The notes under the pieces were generated by a model. The model ran no database searches and was not told the DNA's origin. It saw only the letters and a program-made list of their open reading frames with translations. The position numbers and the translations under genes are program-made. A stretch of 64,000 nucleotides of DNA, taken from Candidatus Iainarchaeum sp. Lineage in GTDB: Archaea; Iainarchaeota; Iainarchaeia; Iainarchaeales; Iainarchaeaceae. This document shows, in pieces, positions 40,058 to 48,949 of the stretch. Location: positions 27,262 to 91,261 of the forward strand of contig JACQPB010000034.1 of NCBI GenBank assembly GCA_016202305.1, in the 5' to 3' direction. The stretch's first letter is position 1, and every line of letters starts with the position of its first letter.

Positions 40058-40723
40058 TCATTCCACCTTCAAAGGCTCGGCGTATTGTTCTGTAGTATTT
40101 GCGCCTGTCACGTTAAAATAGATTGTGGTCTCGCCCTTTTGCAGCGGCGTCAGGCTATACCGCACAGTTGCGCAGTTTCCGGCTGATATGGCCTCGTTAT
40201 CGTCCATGTTGGGCTCTTCCCTGAAGAACCCGTACTGGTGCGTTTCTTGTACCATCATGTTCATCTCGCTTTCCGTGGCGTTGCATATCTCGGCCGCCAG
40301 CGTGAATTCCTTGCCGGCTTCGAGCTTGCCTGCCGGGTTCATCCTGAATGTGAAGGGCGGCTTCCTTTCAATCACCACCGTGCGCTGGAAAGTCTTCTGG
40401 AGTGGCAGTTCCGCGATGATTGTGACTTCTCCAGGGGCGATTCCTTCGAAGTTCAGGAGTTTCCTTTCCTTCGGCTGAAGGGTGCTGAAACGGCCCAGGT
40501 CCTTGGCTTCGCCGTTTCCTGTGCGGTACTTCACTGTCACGTCCTCGAGTTGCAGGTCGGTGGAGTTTTCTATGTAAAATACCCTTGCGCCCGAGGCGTC
40601 CTTCTCGTCTATTATCCTTATTTCGGCGCTGAACAAAAGTATGTACGCGAAAATCGCCATGAACACGAAGTAGACTATTATGAGTATCATGAGCGGCGTC
40701 GTGGATTTCTTCCTGTGAAGCAT
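40058..40723 (-). CDS. membrane-anchored hypothetical protein, translationally coupled to the giant coiled-coil gene
   Basis: N-terminal TM helix (LMILIIVYFVFMAIFAYILLF) plus a ~190-aa extracytoplasmic domain. Its stop abuts the giant gene start at 40057/40058. Confidence 0.4.
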   Translation of the reverse strand: MLHRKKSTTPLMILIIVYFVFMAIFAYILLFSAEIRIIDEKDASGARVFYIENSTDLQLEDVTVKYRTGNGEAKDLGRFSTLQPKERKLLNFEGIAPGEVTIIAELPLQKTFQRTVVIERKPPFTFRMNPAGKLEAGKEFTLAAEICNATESEMNMMVQETHQYGFFREEPNMDDNEAISAGNCATVRYSLTPLQKGETTIYFNVTGANTTEQYAEPLKVE

Positions 40724-40789
40724 CCCTAAGCTTGGGTTTTTGGTTCTTTTAAGCTTTATTGGCGTGGCATCCTCTATGGCCCTCAGGCC

Positions 40790-41581
40790 TCATGTGGGGC
40801 GCCCTGCGGTTCCGGCCTGTTTCCCGACGTTTTCCGGCGCGAACCTGATCTTGCCTTCCTGGAAGTCCATTATGAGTATGCGTGCCGCCGCGTTGATGTC
40901 GGGCCTCCCCCCGCGGACCAGTTTTTTGCGTGAAAAAGCGAGTTTCTCCAGCAGTTCCTCGCCGTCGCGCGCATCAATGCCGTATGCCGCAACAATCTCG
41001 CTGCGCTGTGTCCTCAAGAGATAGTCCGCGACATCCATTGCAGTGCCTTCGAGGTCCTTGAGGTGCTGGAAGTTCTTCACCGAAAGCAGCACCATCAGCG
41101 TTTCGTCCTTTACATCTATTGGTATGATGCCGGGCGAGTCTATCAGGAGAAGCTTGCTGCCGGCCCTGACGAACTGCTTGCCCTTCGTGAAGCCGGCTAT
41201 GCTCGAGGTGCGCGCGGCCTTCCTTCCCTTGAGCATGTTGATGACGCTGCTCTTTCCTGTATTGGGGTACCCGACAACCGCGACCTTTGCCTCTTCTCCC
41301 CCGGCGAGTCTCGCTATGGCCATCCGGAGGCGCGTGACTCCCTGCCTTTTCTTCGCCGAGACGAAGACGCATTCAGTGCCCATGCCGAGTTTCTCCCTCT
41401 CCGCCTCGCGCTTTGAAATCATGTCAGCCTTGTTTATCACGATTAGCAGTTTCTTGCCTTCGCGCGCCACCAGGTTCTCGAGCTCCGGAATCCTTGTCTT
41501 TGCCGGGAAGCGCGAGTCAATAACCTCCACCACTACGCTGGCGTCCATCACTATTCTCTTTACCATGTCCCAGTAACCCAT
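40790..41581 (-). CDS. circularly permuted GTPase (YlqF/RbgA-Nog2-like ribosome biogenesis GTPase)
   Basis: Motifs in G4-G1-G3 order: NKAD, then GYPNTGKSS, then DSPG. Confidence 0.75.
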   Translation of the reverse strand: MGYWDMVKRIVMDASVVVEVIDSRFPAKTRIPELENLVAREGKKLLIVINKADMISKREAEREKLGMGTECVFVSAKKRQGVTRLRMAIARLAGGEEAKVAVVGYPNTGKSSVINMLKGRKAARTSSIAGFTKGKQFVRAGSKLLLIDSPGIIPIDVKDETLMVLLSVKNFQHLKDLEGTAMDVADYLLRTQRSEIVAAYGIDARDGEELLEKLAFSRKKLVRGGRPDINAAARILIMDFQEGKIRFAPENVGKQAGTAGRPT

Positions 41582-41603
41582 AAATCCACCCGAAAGCGAA
41601 TGT

Positions 41604-41837
41604 TCACTTTATGGTCTCCTTTATTATGTGCCCCGCGGCCTTGAAAAAATAGGTGCCTGCAAAGACCACCGCGAGGAAGACCGCGAAAATGCCTATGGGG
41701 CTGGCTTCGGAGAAAAGCGATGCTTCCTTCAGGAAGCCGAGTGCGGCCCCGGCGAAGGAGAGCAGCACGAGAGCCGCCAGCGCGCACCCTGTTCCAACGG
41801 CAATCAGGGTGAGCTTTCCGGGCTGCATAAAAACCAA
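41604..41837 (-). CDS. small two-TM membrane protein
   Basis: 77 aa with two hydrophobic helices. Confidence 0.3.
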   Translation of the reverse strand: MVFMQPGKLTLIAVGTGCALAALVLLSFAGAALGFLKEASLFSEASPIGIFAVFLAVVFAGTYFFKAAGHIIKETIK

Positions 41838-41852
41838 TTTTCTGGCCGCGTG

Positions 41853-42254
41853 TCAGAGCAGCTTGAGGTGCTTCGTGAACCCGTCTATCTCGCTTTCCGG
41901 TGCGGGGCCAATAGCAATGCACGTGATTGTCCCGGATTCCAGCTGCGTCCTTCCCGCGTCCTTGACGAGTGCTGTAGGGAGCGCCTTTTTCGCTTTCTCG
42001 AAAATCTCGAGCAGTTCCTTCTCGCTGCCCGCCTTGAGCACGACCTTGGCTGTCCCCGTGGCCTTCCATTCCTCCACCCATCGCGGGTTCACCCTCAAGG
42101 ATTTCTCGTAAGCGTCCAGGGAAGCGTGGCTGCATTGGGCCGCGATTTTGCCCTTGCCCATCTTGAGGTCTGAGCGCACTACTATCGCCTGCTTGAACTG
42201 CATGGACAAAAAATGGAGCAACCGGAATTTAATACTACCCCAAAAAACCTTCAA
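41853..42254 (-). CDS. pth2: peptidyl-tRNA hydrolase Pth2 (archaeal type)
   Basis: VVRSDLKMGKGKIAAQCSHA...CIAIGP is canonical PTH2. Confidence 0.85.
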   Translation of the reverse strand: MKVFWGSIKFRLLHFLSMQFKQAIVVRSDLKMGKGKIAAQCSHASLDAYEKSLRVNPRWVEEWKATGTAKVVLKAGSEKELLEIFEKAKKALPTALVKDAGRTQLESGTITCIAIGPAPESEIDGFTKHLKLL

Positions 42255-42660
42255 AAATATTGGCTGCGGTTATTTCGGGGTGTCTTTCAAAGCTGCCTGT
42301 GTCCTCTGTCACAATCGATGTGACCCCATTCCTTTCCATGGTGGCAATCAGCAACGCGTCCCAGAATGGTATTCTGTGCTCTGCACTTATTTTAAGTGCC
42401 AGTACCGAATCAGTGTAATTGTCCTGAATGAGGTGGAATCCATTTGCAAAATTCTCTGCGGCTTCGTGTATTTTTTTTGCTTCAATTTTTTTCTTCAGGC
42501 ACACAGAAATGAATTCCCTGATGTTCTGGAGAGAGAGGAAATACCTGTTGCCATCATTCTCTATGCCACTTAGCCATGCATTTGTTACAGCCTGCTTTTC
42601 CGGTTCCTTTGTGTCGATTGCATAAACCAGTATATTTGTATCCACTAGAAAGTCACTCAT
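42235..42660 (-). CDS. PIN-domain toxin (VapC-like)
   Basis: FLVDTNILVYAID at the N-terminus and TEDTGSF near the C-terminus. The start is taken at MSDFLVD. It overlaps pth2 by 20 nt. Confidence 0.6.
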   Translation of the reverse strand: MSDFLVDTNILVYAIDTKEPEKQAVTNAWLSGIENDGNRYFLSLQNIREFISVCLKKKIEAKKIHEAAENFANGFHLIQDNYTDSVLALKISAEHRIPFWDALLIATMERNGVTSIVTEDTGSFERHPEITAANIFEGFLG

Positions 42661-42886
42661 AGGCCTCAGCCCTTGAAAATTTCCCAATGCCGAGGTTCTT
42701 TGCGTTTTTTGCCATTTTAAGGATCCGGCCGAAGGCTTCCTTCCTTGATTTTTCCCTTTCAAGAAGGTCTACGGCGTCCTCGGCGGTATTTGAGATTGCG
42801 CCCTTTTTGTCTCCATACATATCCTTTGCCAGTTTTCGCAGTTTTTTATCATGGTTATCATCCATGAATAAAACTATCTGTGGCAT
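42653..42886 (-). CDS. putative antitoxin (VapB-like), partner of the PIN gene
   Basis: 77-aa charged protein overlapping the PIN start. A palindromic operator lies upstream. Confidence 0.4.
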   Translation of the reverse strand: MPQIVLFMDDNHDKKLRKLAKDMYGDKKGAISNTAEDAVDLLEREKSRKEAFGRILKMAKNAKNLGIGKFSRAEAYE

Positions 42887-42897
42887 AGAATCACTGA

Positions 42898-42917
42898 CTA
42901 ATTAGGTGTCTAATTAG
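42898..42917. promoter_or_regulatory. tandem palindromes CTAATTAG-gtgt-CTAATTAG (candidate antitoxin operator)
   Basis: Two copies of the self-complementary octamer CTAATTAG separated by 4 bp, 12 bp upstream of the putative antitoxin start. Confidence 0.4.
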
Positions 42918-43013
42918 ATTTAAATGTTTGGTTTAACGGAAATCAACTTTGAAGTTTAATGCGCCAGATGGAAAAGCACTAAACATTAAAAGCCTGCAAC
43001 CCCCTATTACAAT

Positions 43014-43637
43014 GTGGCTAAATACACAAGGCAAAGATACGGGTTTTTGCGCACATCCCAATTTCCTGGCCCAAAGGCAAAAGGGGCGATTTTGAACGCC
43101 GAAAAGCCCTCCGCAAATACGGGGGCAAGGAAACGCAAAATGCCGGGTGCTGGCAAAACCCAGCCGCCGAGAGGCAGGCGTTCACCAGTCGTAACAGTCG
43201 CGGATGTCACGCGGGAAGTATTGGAGTATGCAAATTGCCAGAGGCGCAAAGGTACGCCGCTCTATCAGCGCCGAAGTAGATTCTTTAACAACTTCCATGG
43301 GCTTTTGCCTAGAGCTTATAGGCGCTTTGGGCCGCGAGGGGAGCCCTTAAACAAACCGATAATACGCAATGCGGATTCCGCCATAAGAAAACTCCGCCTG
43401 GATGCTGATGCCATGGAAAAATTTCGGAAAGCCAAAGAGGAACTTGCCAACTTCACTTTTAACTATTTTAATTATCATAGGCGTAAGGAACTTGGCTTGA
43501 AAGAAAAAGACTTAGATGCGGCATATTCAAAGTTTTGGTCAGCCGAAGAACGCCTCGATATAATTGACAAAGTCTTCATTCCGTTGTATGCGGAACTGAG
43601 AACTATGGGCTATAGCCACATAGAATTAATCGGTTAG
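43014..43637 (+). CDS. basic (R/K-rich) hypothetical protein
   Basis: 207 aa with high Arg/Lys content, in AT-rich DNA, convergent with the cyclase gene. Confidence 0.35.
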   Translation: MAKYTRQRYGFLRTSQFPGPKAKGAILNAEKPSANTGARKRKMPGAGKTQPPRGRRSPVVTVADVTREVLEYANCQRRKGTPLYQRRSRFFNNFHGLLPRAYRRFGPRGEPLNKPIIRNADSAIRKLRLDADAMEKFRKAKEELANFTFNYFNYHRRKELGLKEKDLDAAYSKFWSAEERLDIIDKVFIPLYAELRTMGYSHIELIG

Positions 43638-44243
43638 GCATATCACCCTGCACGGCGCGCCGTCGGCATCGGCTATTCTGAGCGGCATTATGGTGCACTC
43701 GAACTTTTTGCCTATGAGGCCTTCGAGATTCACGAGGTTTTCAAGAATCAGCACACCATTGCCCAAAAGCTCCCTGTGCGTGGCGAAAGGCTCATTGTCC
43801 GGCGAGAGACAATCGATTCCAACAATCTTCACTTTTTTGGCGACCAATTCCTTGGCGGTTTGCAGTGAAATCGATGTGCTGTTCCCGAAGTAGTTTTCGG
43901 AATGGCAGTTCTTCGAGTTGCCCGTGCAGAACAAGACAAAATCCGCGCCGTCGGCCTTCGAAGTGTCGGCAATTATCTCCTTCCTTTCATTGCTTTTGCG
44001 CGCATCCAGCACAACCGCATTTCCGATGAATGTTGAGAGGGGAAAATCTTCCAGCTTTTTGCCTCCCTGCAATATGTGGAAAGGCGCGTCAACGTGTGTG
44101 CCAAAATGCGAGCTTATCTCAAGGCCTTTCGTGTTAAACCCGTCTTTTCCAACCATGCTCTTCTGCCAGATGCGCGGCCTGGGGTCTCCGGGGTAGACAG
44201 GGGTGCGAGCGTCAATTGGCATCGTGAGGTCGATGATTTTCAA
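43626..44243 (-). CDS. putative cyclase / kynurenine-formamidase-like family protein
   Basis: HFGTHVDAPFH metal-binding motif of the PF04199 cyclase family. Confidence 0.7.
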   Translation of the reverse strand: MKIIDLTMPIDARTPVYPGDPRPRIWQKSMVGKDGFNTKGLEISSHFGTHVDAPFHILQGGKKLEDFPLSTFIGNAVVLDARKSNERKEIIADTSKADGADFVLFCTGNSKNCHSENYFGNSTSISLQTAKELVAKKVKIVGIDCLSPDNEPFATHRELLGNGVLILENLVNLEGLIGKKFECTIMPLRIADADGAPCRVICLTD

Positions 44244-44247
44244 AGCC

Positions 44248-44817
44248 TCACTTCCTCACAAATTGCATGGTTTTTGGGTCAAAAACATACTCTCTTTTCC
44301 TATTTGCGACAAACCGCAATTTAAGCCCGGCTTTTTCCATTTTGTTTACCGATTTTCTTATTTGCTTTGTGAACTTTTTCTGGTCTTTCGGATCGCTGAA
44401 AGGCGTGCTGGGCTGGCTTTGGTATTTTAAATATGGCCGGGGTTCCCGATTGACAAGCTTTTTTAATTTCCTTGTCTTATTCGGCCGCCTCATTTTCACA
44501 AACGTATATCCTAACGCGGGTTTTCCTTCGCGGACTGCAATGGCGATAGTTTTCTTTGGATGGCCCAATATCCATTTTAAGTCAGTGGTGCTTGGAAGAA
44601 CAAACTGCCTCTCATTCCGGGCATGATTGTGTGTATGGACCTGTAAAGTTTCTTTCTTTTTAGGCAGCCGTGCTGTTGTCACTTCGGCGGTTTTTTCCTT
44701 AATGCTTGCTTTTACAAGTGCTTCGCGTGGCCGTTTATACCAGAGGACTTCCCTGTGACTTGGGCTCATCTCAACTCTTGCTGTAGGACTTGGCCTTATG
44801 CGCGGCGGCATGTTCAC
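44248..44817 (-). CDS. basic (R/K-rich) hypothetical protein
   Basis: 189 aa, very basic. Its start overlaps the alaX stop (ATGA). Confidence 0.35.
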   Translation of the reverse strand: MNMPPRIRPSPTARVEMSPSHREVLWYKRPREALVKASIKEKTAEVTTARLPKKKETLQVHTHNHARNERQFVLPSTTDLKWILGHPKKTIAIAVREGKPALGYTFVKMRRPNKTRKLKKLVNREPRPYLKYQSQPSTPFSDPKDQKKFTKQIRKSVNKMEKAGLKLRFVANRKREYVFDPKTMQFVRK

Positions 44818-45531
44818 TCAAGCTCCCAATAAATTCTCCGGTTCTCCGCGCCTTTGTTCTTCATGTCAACAATCTTCACTCTGCCGATTTCTTTCGTGCT
44901 CTTCACGTGCGTGCCGCCGTCGGCCTGCACGTCAAAATCCCCGATGGAGAGGATGCGGAACACTTTCAGGTCTTTTGGCAGCACGTCCTTGAGCCTGAAC
45001 AGCTCGGCCCTTGCCAGCGCTTTTTCGCGCTCCTCGAAAGCGATTGAAACCGGCAAGTCCCTCGCAATCACCTCGTTCGCCTTTGCCTCGACTTCCGGTA
45101 TTTTTTCCTTGGTGAACTGCGGCGCGTCAAAATCCATGCGGGTTTGCTGCTCGCCGAGCTGGTTGCCGGTAATGAGCGCCCCATACTCTTTGTGTACCAC
45201 CGCGGCCATTATGTGCGCGGACGTGTGCATGCGCATGTGCTTGTAGCGTTTCTCCCAGTCGAGCACGCATTTCACCTTGTCTCCAGCGCGTAGCCCTTCA
45301 TGGTCGACCTCGTGCGAAACCTCTTCCGCGGAATTTTTCACCGAAACGACCTTGTATTCCTGCCCGTCCTGCGTGGCCATTTTTCCGGTGTCGCATGGCT
45401 GCCCTCCGCCCTGCGCGTAGAAAACCGTCCTGTCGAGCTCGATGAACCTGCCTTCAGCTTTCAGGACTTTCGCTTCGCATTCGCGCATGTATGAGTCAGA
45501 GAGATAAAGCCTTTCTGTCATAGTGCAACAG
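44814..45531 (-). CDS. alaX: alanyl-tRNA editing protein AlaX (AlaXM type)
   Basis: MTERLYLSDSYMRECEAKV..., HTSAH, the CGGTHV zinc motif and the second additional domain. The start is taken at MTERLY rather than the longer ORF. Confidence 0.8.
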
Positions 45532-45561
45532 CCACGGTGAAAATTCAGGTTTTTCCGTGAT

Positions 45562-46059
45562 TCATTTATCCTGCGGCTCGTCAGGCCCAGGTTCCGGGGA
45601 ATCTTCAGTGCCCTCTCCGGGTGCCTCTTCCTGCCCTGTTTCGGAGGGCTCTTCTTCAGTGTCTTCGTCTTCGGAATCCTCATCTTCGTCTTCTTCCTCT
45701 TCTTCCGAATCAGTTTCCGGTTTTCCGCTCGTGATTCCGGTGTAGGCTATCTTTTTTGTAATCCCTTTCTCTCCCCAGAGGTAGGTGAGTGTCGCCTCCG
45801 TTCCTTTCGGGAGCACGACTGTTTTTTCCCTGCCTCCGAGTTCCATGGGCTCCTTGAGTGTGAACAGCCTGCTGTACCTCAGCTTCGCCCTGTCGCCCAT
45901 GGCCTGCAGGAGCTGGAAAACCGCCTCGTCGTTGCCGTTGCCTACTATCCTGTCGAATTCGTCGCCGTCAGAAACCTCGAATTCGAGGGTTTCCTTGGTC
46001 TTCCTGAACGGAGGCCGCCAGTCGTTCTCAAGCGTGGTTATCTGGAAAACTGCTTTCAT
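45562..46059 (-). CDS. hypothetical protein with poly-acidic C-terminal tail
   Basis: ~110-aa globular N-terminus followed by a DSEEEEEDEDEDSEDEDTEEE tail. Confidence 0.4.
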   Translation of the reverse strand: MKAVFQITTLENDWRPPFRKTKETLEFEVSDGDEFDRIVGNGNDEAVFQLLQAMGDRAKLRYSRLFTLKEPMELGGREKTVVLPKGTEATLTYLWGEKGITKKIAYTGITSGKPETDSEEEEEDEDEDSEDEDTEEEPSETGQEEAPGEGTEDSPEPGPDEPQDK

Positions 46060-46123
46060 GGAAAAAGTAAGTGCAGGGAAGTATAAATAGTTTTCTGGAG
46101 CCTCGGCTTGTTATGTATTTTCC

Positions 46124-47074
46124 TCATGCCGTCATCGCGAGCCCTATGGTTGCGGCTATCACGGCCGCTGCTGCCAGTGCCTGGTGCCTGGCCAGTTTTT
46201 CGCGGTTTGCCGAGACTCCGAGGAGGACGGCTACCGCAACATACCCTTCGGTTATGGCTGTTATTATAGAGAGTTCGCCGCCGGAAACCGCGGCCGCGTA
46301 GAGGAGCCAGCCGAGGACCGCGGTCAGGGCTGTTGCGGCCGAGAGCTTCATGCTTGACGCAACCTTTGCTGGCATGGCTTGCAGGCGCTTCTGCCTCCAC
46401 AGGAGCGCGCCTGACAGCAGTGCGCTCACGGTCCAAGGGAACCATATCGCGATTGCGGGCGAGGCCTGCCGCGAGGCTGCGGCCGTGAGGAAGTTCATGG
46501 CCGCGAATATGAGGGCGGCGAGGAGCGCGAGCGCCGCGCCTTTCTCGACTTTGCCGAAAATCCTGCGCGCATCGAGGGTTTCGAGGGACACGAGGGCCGT
46601 TCCTGCAATGACCGCGGCTATGAGCGCCCACTGTGCAGTGCCTATGGCGTCCCCGAAGAACATGATGCCGAGGATTATAGTGAACGGCAGCTCCATCACG
46701 AGCACGGCGTCAATCACGGAGAGCTTGCCCGCCCTGAGGGCCTCGAAGCTCACGATGCCGCTCAGCCATCCTATCGCGCCGAGCGTTAGCATCAGCGGGA
46801 TGCTTGCGGTGGTCAGGCTGGCGATGTCGTGCAGCACGAGCGGGAGCAGCAGCACGGCCGCGGTAAGGTCAATCAGGAGCAGCGTCTCGAGGTTGCCGAT
46901 TATCCTGCATAGCTTCTGTATGAGGTAGTCGGCCGCGCCCCATAGCAGCATCACGGCGAAAGCGGCAAGGATGGCATAGCTCATGCATGATTTTTGCAGC
47001 GCCATGTTCATTAATGTTAGTTTCCCGCACCGGCAATGAGCTCCCCTCTCCTTTAAAAGGCCGGGAACACACAT
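46124..47074 (-). CDS. EamA/DMT family transporter
   Basis: About 10 TM helices in a two-repeat EamA organisation. Confidence 0.7.
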   Translation of the reverse strand: MCVPGLLKERGAHCRCGKLTLMNMALQKSCMSYAILAAFAVMLLWGAADYLIQKLCRIIGNLETLLLIDLTAAVLLLPLVLHDIASLTTASIPLMLTLGAIGWLSGIVSFEALRAGKLSVIDAVLVMELPFTIILGIMFFGDAIGTAQWALIAAVIAGTALVSLETLDARRIFGKVEKGAALALLAALIFAAMNFLTAAASRQASPAIAIWFPWTVSALLSGALLWRQKRLQAMPAKVASSMKLSAATALTAVLGWLLYAAAVSGGELSIITAITEGYVAVAVLLGVSANREKLARHQALAAAAVIAATIGLAMTA

Positions 47075-47080
47075 TATTTC

Positions 47081-48145
47081 ATGACGGTTTCAGCGGTCAT
47101 ACAGGAAACGGTCAACGCGATTCATTCCTCGGAGCAGGGGAAGAAGGCCATGGCCGAAAGGCTTTTGCCGCTCAAGGGCCGCGCATTCGAAATTTCCGCA
47201 GAGATGCGGGAGGAAAGGCTCGTTTCAAAAGTGCGGGGCTGGGTTCCTGACTGCAGGATTGCTGGCGTCGACTCGGGTTTTGTGGCGAAGCGCCTCGCAT
47301 CTGTTGATCTTGTGCTCGTCAGGGCAATGGGGGTGGTCTTTGATTACAGCAAAGGCGTCCTTGCGTCCGCCAGCTACCATCCGGGCTATTTCCGGTTCCC
47401 GGAGCCACACCTGAGCTTTCCGGCTCTGGAGCAGGACGAGGTCGAGCAGAGCAAGAGCCTGTTGCGCCTGCACGAGGAGCTCGGGGCCGCGAAAAAGCTC
47501 ATAGAAAAGCACTCGCCGAAATACCTCTTCCTCGATGGCAGCATCGTGCCGCAGTACCAGGACAAGCCGAGGCGCGAGTCCGCGCTGACGGGAAAGTACG
47601 CAGACCTCGTTTCCGGCTTCGATTCGTTGTATGCGCTCGCTGAAAAGAATGCATGCACGCTCATTGCCACGGTGGAGGACAGCAGGGGCAGGCGCTTCAT
47701 GGAGCTCCTCTCCGGCCTCGCAGGCTCGCCAGTCGCGGCGATGCTCGACCCGTCATTCCTGGATTATTACCTTGATGTCGGGGAGCGCACCTGCGCCTTC
47801 ACATACACAAAGGACATCGAGAAGCACCCGGTGCTGCAGGACTTCAACTCGAAGTGGGCCGGCTCGATTCATGGCCTCTACCTCAAGCCCGCGCCGCTTG
47901 ACAGGCCGCTGCGCTGCGAGTTCATATGCCACGGGGACGTCGCCGAAAAAGCGGACGAGATAGCTTCCGTCGCGATGGCCCTCAGCTCGATGCACCGCGA
48001 GTATGCCTATCCTTCTGTGCTGATAGAGGCCGACCTGCGCGCGAAGCTCAGCGGGGACGAAATAGACATAGTGTACAACAAGATAATGGACAAGCTCGGC
48101 GCCGGCGTGAGGCTCAGGATGCGCAGGGAGAACAGGCCATTCTGA
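47081..48145 (+). CDS. nurA: NurA 5'-3' nuclease
   Basis: RNase-H-like NurA motifs IAGVDSGF and LFLDGSI. Positioned upstream of herA. Confidence 0.6.
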   Translation: MTVSAVIQETVNAIHSSEQGKKAMAERLLPLKGRAFEISAEMREERLVSKVRGWVPDCRIAGVDSGFVAKRLASVDLVLVRAMGVVFDYSKGVLASASYHPGYFRFPEPHLSFPALEQDEVEQSKSLLRLHEELGAAKKLIEKHSPKYLFLDGSIVPQYQDKPRRESALTGKYADLVSGFDSLYALAEKNACTLIATVEDSRGRRFMELLSGLAGSPVAAMLDPSFLDYYLDVGERTCAFTYTKDIEKHPVLQDFNSKWAGSIHGLYLKPAPLDRPLRCEFICHGDVAEKADEIASVAMALSSMHREYAYPSVLIEADLRAKLSGDEIDIVYNKIMDKLGAGVRLRMRRENRPF

Positions 48146-48193
48146 GGTAAGATTTTTATATTGAAAAGTAAGATATTGTATATGTGATGTAAG

Positions 48194-48445
48194 ATGTATG
48201 AAACAACCCTTTCATCAAAAGGGCAGTTGGTGCTGCCCGCAAAGGCGCGTGCCGAAAGGAAGCAGCGGCCCGGCACAAAATTCAAGGTTTTCCCTACGCC
48301 TTTCGGGTACGAGCTGATAGAAATTCCGAAAAATCCGCTAAAGGCTCTTTCAGGCCTTGCAAGCCACTTGGATATTTCTTCAGCAGACATAAAAAAGATG
48401 AGGAGAGAGGATGACAAAAGAAGGGAAAAACTCTTTGGTATTTGA
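48194..48445 (+). CDS. AbrB/MazE-family antitoxin
   Basis: LSSKGQLVLPAKAR is a swapped-hairpin motif. Overlaps the downstream PIN gene. Confidence 0.6.
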   Translation: MYETTLSSKGQLVLPAKARAERKQRPGTKFKVFPTPFGYELIEIPKNPLKALSGLASHLDISSADIKKMRREDDKRREKLFGI

Positions 48446-48821
48446 CACTTCCGCAATGCTCAAACTGCTCAAGAATGAGGCCGGACACGAATCAGTTTCC
48501 ACAATCTTGGCTTCGGCTGTCGGTCGCACGAGGTGTTTGGCGAGCATTCTGAGCATTCATGAGCTTGTCTGGTCAGTCGGCCGCAGCGATTTGAAGGCAA
48601 CGGCTTCCGCTGTTTCATATTTTGAAGAGGTATTGAAGTTTGTGCCGCAAGACAGCAAAGACGCCGTCAACTCGGCCAATCTGAGGCTGCGGTACCGGCA
48701 TCTGGGGCTTTCTTCTGCCGATGCCTTCATTATCCAGCTTGGGATTGACAATGCTGCCGAAATAATCACCTGCGACAAAGCATGGCTCGGCGTGAAAGAG
48801 GCGAAAGTGAGGGTTGTGTGA
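48411..48821 (+). CDS. PIN-domain toxin VapC
   Basis: LVFDTSAML at the N-terminus and ITCD near the C-terminus; 136 aa. Confidence 0.65.
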   Translation: MTKEGKNSLVFDTSAMLKLLKNEAGHESVSTILASAVGRTRCLASILSIHELVWSVGRSDLKATASAVSYFEEVLKFVPQDSKDAVNSANLRLRYRHLGLSSADAFIIQLGIDNAAEIITCDKAWLGVKEAKVRVV

Positions 48822-48828
48822 GGAGATT

Positions 48829-48948
48829 TCATGACCTGCCCGCGCTGCCGCTCGAGGATGATGAAGGAGGCCCCTGACCTGAAGGGCCGCCAGTACAGGT
48901 GCCCCAACTGCGGGTATGAGGGGCCGGCACCTGTTGGATTGATGTAAT
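48829..48948 (+). CDS. zinc-ribbon small protein (39 aa)
   Basis: MTCPRCRSRMMKEAPDLKGRQYRCPNCGYEGPAPVGLM has two CxxC pairs. Read manually; too short for the ORF track. Confidence 0.45.
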
Positions 48949-48949
48949 T

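Noticed and set aside
36411-40186. Many + strand ORFs (up to 411 aa) opposite the giant coiled-coil gene, and periodic repeats that superficially resemble a CRISPR array
   Set aside because: The antisense ORFs are Ser/Cys/Leu-rich low-complexity mirrors of a repetitive coding region. The repeats are in-frame and of variable length and spacing, and each encodes a conserved peptide motif. They have no fixed repeat-spacer periodicity, so this is not a CRISPR array.
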